Below are positions 58,623 to 64,000 of a stretch of DNA of 64,000 nt, one piece after another. Within the stretch, counting starts at the first letter, position 1, and each line of letters begins with the position of its first letter. The position numbers and the translations under genes were made by a program. A model generated the notes under the pieces. That model did not search any database and was not told the DNA's origin. It saw only the letters and a list, made by a program, of their open reading frames with translations. Source of the stretch: Ponticaulis sp. (GTDB lineage Bacteria > Pseudomonadota > Alphaproteobacteria > Caulobacterales > Hyphomonadaceae); assembly GCF_002723155.1 (NCBI RefSeq), contig NZ_PBNO01000006.1; one strand, written 5' to 3'.

Positions 58623-59354
58623 ATGACGTATTGTGTTGGTATCAAGCTCAATCAGGGCCTTGTGCTGCTGGCGGATACCAGAACCAATGCGGGTGTTGAT
58701 AACATCTCGCGAGTGAAAAAGTTGTTCACGTGGCAGGTGCCCGGTGAACGTGCTATCGCGATGATGACAGCGGGTAACCTCGCGATTACGCAGGCGGTCA
58801 TCAGCGAAATCAATGAGCGCCTTGATGCACCCAATCCCAATGAGCCGACGATCTTCTCAGCGCCGAGCATGTTTGAGGTTGCTCAGGTCGTAGGAGATAC
58901 GATGCGCAAGGTTCAGGCGCGCTATGGACCGGGCCTCACTGCGCGTAATGTCGACTCTGGGGCGTCAATTCTGGTCGCCGGTCAGCGCGTCGGCGGGGTG
59001 CCGCGTCTGTTTATGGTGTACGCGGCTGGTAACTTCATTGAGGCCACCGAAGACTCACCGTTCTTCCAGCTCGGTGAGCATAAGTACGGCAAACCAATTC
59101 TCGATCGCGTCATCAATGTAGATACCGACATTCAGGACGGTGTGATCTGCGCACTCTTGTCTATGGACTCGACTTTGCGATCCAACCTTACGGTAGGCAT
59201 GCCGCTCGACCTGGCTGTGATGCGAACAAACTCGTTGATGTTCGAACAACAACGACGGATCGATGCCGACGATCCTCGGTTCTTTGCTTTCAGTGAGGCT
59301 TGGTCAAACGCGCTCAAGAACGCCTTTTCCCAAATGCGCTTGATGGACGTTTAA
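58623..59354 (+). CDS. anbu: Anbu proteasome-type (Ntn) protease
   Basis: N-terminal M-T-Y-C (Thr1), DTRTNAGVD, AGNLA, GNFIE, QLGEHKYGKPILDR, SMDSTLRSNLTVG. Confidence 0.93.
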   Translation: MTYCVGIKLNQGLVLLADTRTNAGVDNISRVKKLFTWQVPGERAIAMMTAGNLAITQAVISEINERLDAPNPNEPTIFSAPSMFEVAQVVGDTMRKVQARYGPGLTARNVDSGASILVAGQRVGGVPRLFMVYAAGNFIEATEDSPFFQLGEHKYGKPILDRVINVDTDIQDGVICALLSMDSTLRSNLTVGMPLDLAVMRTNSLMFEQQRRIDADDPRFFAFSEAWSNALKNAFSQMRLMDV

Positions 59355-59363
59355 AGCCCCTCG

Positions 59364-60218
59364 TCAGGCGAAGACGACTGTTTTGAGACCGTTCAGGAAA
59401 ACCCGTCTCTCAGCATGAGCCTTTACTGCGCGAACCAGCGCGGTTGCCTCGAGCGAGCGGCCCATCGCTACGAAATCTCCAGCGGAATGAGAGTGGTCCA
59501 CGTCTTGCGTCACCTGAGCAAGGATCGGACCTTCGTCCAGGTCTGCGGTGACGTAGTGCGCTGTGGCACCGATCATCTTTACGCCTCGCTCGTGCGCCCG
59601 ATGATATGGGCGTGCGCCTTTGAAGCTTGGCAGGAATGAGTGGTGAATGTTGATGCACTTTCCCGAAAGCTGTTGGCATGCATCATTCGATAGAATTTGC
59701 ATATAACGTGCGAGAACCGTCAGCTCTGCTCCGGTCTGCTCGATGATATCAAACATTGCCTGTTCGGCTTGTGGCTTGGTGTCAGGCGTAACGGGTACGG
59801 TGTGAAACGGCAGACCCCAGTGTTGAAGCGTTGGCGCGAGATCAGGATGATTAGAAAGAATCGCAACCGGTTCGATGGGAAGTTCGCCAATACGTGCGCC
59901 GTATAGAAGTGCGTTCGCGCAGTGATCCAGCTTTGAGACCATGATGAGCGTTTTCATTTTGCGCTCCTCAGGTTCGATATCCCATTCGGCTTCCAACCGG
60001 GAGGCTGTTTCCTTCAATTCGGCCTGAAGCTGATCCAGAGAAAACGAATTATTCTCTGGTTGGAATGAAAGCCTGAGGAAGAATGTCTTCGTTGCTTCGT
60101 CACCGAATGAACGAGAACGCGCAATAAAGCACGAGTGGTTCAGCAAAACATTTGAGACAGCCGCAATGATTCCCGAGCGGTCAGTGCAGGCGAGGGTGAG
60201 GATGTAGCTCTTTGGCAT
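59364..60218 (-). CDS. purU: Formyltetrahydrofolate deformylase
   Basis: ACT domain, VSKLDHC, LARYMQIL, INIHHSFLPSFKGARPY, DEGPI, KTVVF. Confidence 0.96.
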   Translation of the reverse strand: MPKSYILTLACTDRSGIIAAVSNVLLNHSCFIARSRSFGDEATKTFFLRLSFQPENNSFSLDQLQAELKETASRLEAEWDIEPEERKMKTLIMVSKLDHCANALLYGARIGELPIEPVAILSNHPDLAPTLQHWGLPFHTVPVTPDTKPQAEQAMFDIIEQTGAELTVLARYMQILSNDACQQLSGKCINIHHSFLPSFKGARPYHRAHERGVKMIGATAHYVTADLDEGPILAQVTQDVDHSHSAGDFVAMGRSLEATALVRAVKAHAERRVFLNGLKTVVFA

Positions 60219-60375
60219 GCTGGAATCCGAGATAATTCAACAAAGCGGCGAGGCGCCGGAAGGGTAGATATCCACAATTTTGGGCAAGTACCATCGTGGA
60301 AAAACAAACTCTTTGCATGGAAATGAAAATAACCTCTTGACCCGAGCGATATTTTGATGATTTGTGCGCCGCTCA

Positions 60376-60451
60376 GGGCGGTTAGCTCAGTTGGAAGAGC
60401 ATCTCGTTTACACCGAGAGGGTCAGCGGTTCGAGCCCGTTACCGCCCACCA
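60376..60451 (+). tRNA. tRNA-Val (anticodon TAC)
   Basis: Acceptor stem GGGCGGT/ACCGCCC, anticodon arm TCTCG-TTTACAC-CGAGA, GTTCGAG T-loop, encoded CCA; 76 nt. Confidence 0.97.
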
Positions 60452-60667
60452 TTTCTCCTGAAACATATTCGTATTTCGCCATCTCCGAGTAGGAAATGGC
60501 AACGGCGGCTTTGTCGTATTATGCAGAAATTCGGGATTAAAGATTTTCATCGCACGTCATTTGTGTTCAGAATGTGGCATGCGGGGATTTGACGACATGA
60601 CGACGCTTGTGTCTGACAGGGATACCATCTGTCGACCTTCCCGCTATGTACTGTGTTTAAGTAATAC

Positions 60668-61864
60668 ATGCTGGGTATTGGTATGATTTTGAAAGATCTG
60701 GCTATCCGCGGAATACTGAGGACGGCCCGTCACGTTTTTACGCGTGATCTTTCACATAGTCATAATACGTTCTGGCCTCGGGGTTTCGTGGTTTCCGGAT
60801 TTTTTGGAGATACGTTCGGCGTCGCACGCTCTGCTGACCTGACCGTCCACAAGCTCGAGCAGCTCGGATTTCAGGTTATAAAACACCGGCTAAACGATTT
60901 TCTCTATTCCAAGGGCATGTTCGGTTGTGAGCTTGATGCGCCTAAGGACTTTGGCTGGATCATGCATTGCAACGCGCCAGAGGCTCTCGCGACGCTTGCA
61001 AAGACCAACCCGATGAAGCTTCCGAATGGGCCGCGACTGGGATACTGGGCGTGGGAGCTGGAAGACTTACCTGAAGAATGGAAACAGATTTCCAAAGTCT
61101 TCGATCAGATCATCGTTCCCAGCACCTTCGTGAAGGATAGCTTTGGTGAACTCCGAGAGAATGTGATCCGAAGAACCCATCCAGTTGAAACCAGCGGTCT
61201 CGTTCAGATGCTCGGCCCTCCGAAAAACAAATATGCGCGGAATTTCATTGTTCAGATGGATGGCAAATCCAGTCTGTCGCGGAAAAATATTGGTGCAGCT
61301 ATTCGCGCCTTCCGGCATGCATTCGGAGATAGTTCTGAATTCCTGCTTAAAGTAAAAACGCAGTCACTTTCAGAGCTTCAGCGTCAGACGATCCGCGGAT
61401 GGATCGATGGCGCGCCAAATGTGCAGTGGATAGACAAAAAGCTACCCGAAGAAGAGCTCGCCGAGCTGTGGACCGATGTAGATTGCGTCATTTCCACCCA
61501 TCGCTCTGAAGGCTACGGCCTCGCGCTCGCTGAAGCGGTATCTACGGGGCGCCAGGCCTACGCGACAGGATGGTCCGGTAATATGGACTTTATGTCAGTC
61601 GAGAAGGACGCCCTGATTGATTACCGGTTCATCCGCATCAAGGAAAGCGACGATGTTTATGGACGCATGGCTGATGGCGAACGCCGTTGGGCAGAAGTTC
61701 AATTCAGTTCAGTCGTGCAGGCCTTCCTGAGAGCCGCGGAAACTGTGTCCATCGATCAAGGGCTGGGTATGCGTAGCGAACTCGCGAAACTCTCTCAGGA
61801 TTGGAGTGATGTTACTCCGAATGAGCCGCTGTTCGCGTCTGACGAGCTCAGGCAGTTCGCCTGA
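60668..61864 (+). CDS. Glycosyltransferase family 4-like
   Basis: GYWAWEL, SRKN, HRSEGYGLALAEA, ATGWSGNMDF. Confidence 0.85.
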   Translation: MLGIGMILKDLAIRGILRTARHVFTRDLSHSHNTFWPRGFVVSGFFGDTFGVARSADLTVHKLEQLGFQVIKHRLNDFLYSKGMFGCELDAPKDFGWIMHCNAPEALATLAKTNPMKLPNGPRLGYWAWELEDLPEEWKQISKVFDQIIVPSTFVKDSFGELRENVIRRTHPVETSGLVQMLGPPKNKYARNFIVQMDGKSSLSRKNIGAAIRAFRHAFGDSSEFLLKVKTQSLSELQRQTIRGWIDGAPNVQWIDKKLPEEELAELWTDVDCVISTHRSEGYGLALAEAVSTGRQAYATGWSGNMDFMSVEKDALIDYRFIRIKESDDVYGRMADGERRWAEVQFSSVVQAFLRAAETVSIDQGLGMRSELAKLSQDWSDVTPNEPLFASDELRQFA

Positions 61865-61881
61865 GCCCGTTTTGTTCGTGC

Positions 61882-62778
61882 TCAGCGTTTGGATTTGTAT
61901 GGGCGAATAAGGCCTTCCTGAGCGACGGTAGCGATCAGAACTCCATCACGGCGATAAATGCGCCCGAAATTCATTCCTCTGCCATTGGAGGCTTTCGGGC
62001 TTTCCTGCACATAGAGAAGCCATTCATCCGCGCGGAATTCACCATGGAACCACATCGCGTGGTCGAGGCTCGCCATCTGTGCGCCCTTGAAGAAGTTTAC
62101 ACCATGCGGACGAACGCAGGTGTCTAGCAGCGACATGTCAGAGGCATAGGCGAGAATAGTGTGGTGCGTATGCTGATCGTCGGCTGCGACGCGCTTTTTA
62201 AGTTTAATCCAGGTGAAGTTTTCCGGCTCTAGCTTTTGCGGATTTACAATGTTCTGCGGTTTAACTGATCGAATATCGATTGGCTGCTCCGCCATAAAGG
62301 CTGACTTCATTGGCTCCGGAAGTTGCTGCGCCATGCTGAGGCGTTGTTCGGCCTCGGATGTGAGGTCTTCCGGTGCAGGAACATCGGGCATCTCTTGCTG
62401 ATGTTCGAAGCCTTCTTCTTTGTTATGGAATGAGGCAGCGAGATTGAAAATCTGCTCGCCGTTCTGGATCGCGATTACACGGCGAGTGGCGAAGCTTTTA
62501 CCGTCGCGTGCGCGGTCGACTTCATAAAGGATCGGCACCTCAGGATTGCCTGGGCGGATAAAGTAAGCATGCAGAGAATGGCAGATCGGGCCATCAACAG
62601 TACGACAGGCCGCGACGAGGGCCTGGCTGATTACCTGACCGCCAAAAATGCGGATAGAACGAGACGGCGGCGTGAAACCGCGAAACCGGTCAACCTCAAT
62701 GCGTTCCAGGTCCAGAATTCCGACCAGTTCATCGACCGGGTCGACTTTTTTGCTTTCGGTAGCCAAGCAATTCTCCAA
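61882..62778 (-). CDS. tesB: Acyl-CoA thioesterase II
   Basis: FGGQVISQAL, HSLHAYF, RDGKSFATRRV, YASD, ASLDHAMWFH, QEGL. Confidence 0.95.
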   Translation of the reverse strand: MENCLATESKKVDPVDELVGILDLERIEVDRFRGFTPPSRSIRIFGGQVISQALVAACRTVDGPICHSLHAYFIRPGNPEVPILYEVDRARDGKSFATRRVIAIQNGEQIFNLAASFHNKEEGFEHQQEMPDVPAPEDLTSEAEQRLSMAQQLPEPMKSAFMAEQPIDIRSVKPQNIVNPQKLEPENFTWIKLKKRVAADDQHTHHTILAYASDMSLLDTCVRPHGVNFFKGAQMASLDHAMWFHGEFRADEWLLYVQESPKASNGRGMNFGRIYRRDGVLIATVAQEGLIRPYKSKR

Positions 62779-62987
62779 TTCATCGAGAGCGCGACGCGTT
62801 TGCTGAACGTCTTTCTAGCTTCCTTAGTCGGATTTCTGGAAGCAAAACAAGATGACGTAGCGCTACACTTTGTCGGAAAAGGTGAACGCACTTGCTGCAT
62901 TCTTACCTTTTTGTCTGCACAATATTCATAGATTGTTGGCACATTCCGGGCACGGGATGCGTTTGTTGGACAAGAGGTATTAGCTGC

Positions 62988-64000
62988 ATGTGTGGAATTA
63001 TTGGTATCGTAGGCATGGCGCCAGTGACGGCTCGACTCGTTGCGACGCTGAAGCGTCTTGAATACCGTGGTTATGACAGTGCAGGTGTCGCGGTTGTTCT
63101 GCCAGAGGGCATTGAACGCCGCCGCAGCGTTGGCAAAATTGCGTCTCTGGAAGACAAACTTCGAGAAGAACCCCTTATTGGTTTCACCGGGATCGGTCAC
63201 ACGCGTTGGGCGACACATGGTGAAGCGAGTGAGCGAAATGCGCACCCTCACACAGCCGAAGGCGTGGCCATTGTTCATAACGGTATCATTGAAAATTATT
63301 CAGAGCTGAAATCAGAGCTGCGTGCGGCTGGCCATGAGTTCCATACCGAGACGGACAGTGAAACCGTCGCGGCTCTGATCAGCACATTTCTGAAAGAAGG
63401 CCATGACCCGAAGGCGGCGGTATCAAAGGCGTTGAAGCGTTTCACGGGTGCGTATGCGCTGAGTATGATTTTTGAAGGCTATACCGACATGATGATCGGT
63501 GCCCGCCAGGGCAGCCCGCTTGTGATTGGTGTCGGTAAGGATGAGATGTTCCTGGGCTCCGACGCGCTGGCGATCGCCCCTTTTACAGATCAGGTGATTT
63601 ATCTAGAAGAGGGAGATTGGTGCGTTCTGTCTCGCACGGGATATGAAATCTTTGATGTGAACGATCAGCCGGTCGAGCGTCCTGTGCAGACTGTCGAAAC
63701 TGAGGACAGTGTTGCTGACAAAGGCAACTACCCGCACTTCATGTTGAAAGAGATTTTCGAGCAACCGAAAGCGCTGACGCGTACCCTGAAGGCGTATACG
63801 CATCCTGCGCGCGGAACGGTTAGTCTTCCTAAATCTGGTGAAGAAGAGCTCGATTTTTCAACGGTATCCAGTCTCTACCTGATTTCCTGCGGTACGGCGC
63901 ACTACGCGACGCGGGTGGCGGAGTACTGGTTCGAGCAGCTCGCTGGCATTCCGTGCAAAACGGATATCGCGTCTGAATTCAGATATCGCCAACCGGCACT
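62988..64000 (+). CDS. glmS: Glutamine-fructose-6-phosphate aminotransferase, partial (runs off the window)
   Basis: Hand translation MCGIIG...LEYRGYDSAG...GHTRWATHG...HNGIIENY...TDSE...GSPL...KGNYPHFMLKEIFEQP...CGTA. Confidence 0.96.
   Translation, partial: MCGIIGIVGMAPVTARLVATLKRLEYRGYDSAGVAVVLPEGIERRRSVGKIASLEDKLREEPLIGFTGIGHTRWATHGEASERNAHPHTAEGVAIVHNGIIENYSELKSELRAAGHEFHTETDSETVAALISTFLKEGHDPKAAVSKALKRFTGAYALSMIFEGYTDMMIGARQGSPLVIGVGKDEMFLGSDALAIAPFTDQVIYLEEGDWCVLSRTGYEIFDVNDQPVERPVQTVETEDSVADKGNYPHFMLKEIFEQPKALTRTLKAYTHPARGTVSLPKSGEEELDFSTVSSLYLISCGTAHYATRVAEYWFEQLAGIPCKTDIASEFRYRQPA

Noticed and set aside
62937-62952. sigma54-like TGGCAC-N-GC motif upstream of glmS
   Set aside because: The GG-N10-GC spacing is right but the -12 element is GGGCA rather than TTGCA, too weak without TSS data. 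No glmS ribozyme motif was recognised.

Overview
Chromosomal window of an alphaproteobacterium. Gene content and order suggest Hyphomonadaceae/Caulobacterales-like, which is an inference. There is no integrase, transposase, phage gene or CRISPR array. Housekeeping genes: glnB-glnA, tRNA-Leu(TAG), acnB, tadA, rsmD, yaaA, tsaC/sua5, xseB-ispA-dxs, an RND pump, purU, tRNA-Val(TAC), tesB and a partial glmS. Three accessory loci stand out. (1) 5953-16729: a tightly coupled operon with a periplasmic xanthine-oxidase-family molybdoenzyme (IorAB-like), a cytochrome c, a flavocytochrome c sulfide dehydrogenase and a non-canonical SoxXYZA set. SoxY ends in VTLAACVID rather than GGCGG, and soxB/C/D are absent from the window. 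Directly upstream is a Moco biosynthesis operon headed by an XdhC-MocA fusion. (2) 18426-23580: two translationally coupled exported proteins that appear to share one VWA domain split between them, plus a membrane protein, followed by a CoxD/CoxE-like AAA+/VWA pair. (3) 52584-59354: an ATP-grasp / alpha-E / Anbu locus with a divergent transglutaminase-DUF2126 gene. All family assignments come from recognising motifs by eye; no database search was run. Several start codons were moved from the ORF track to better-supported positions.
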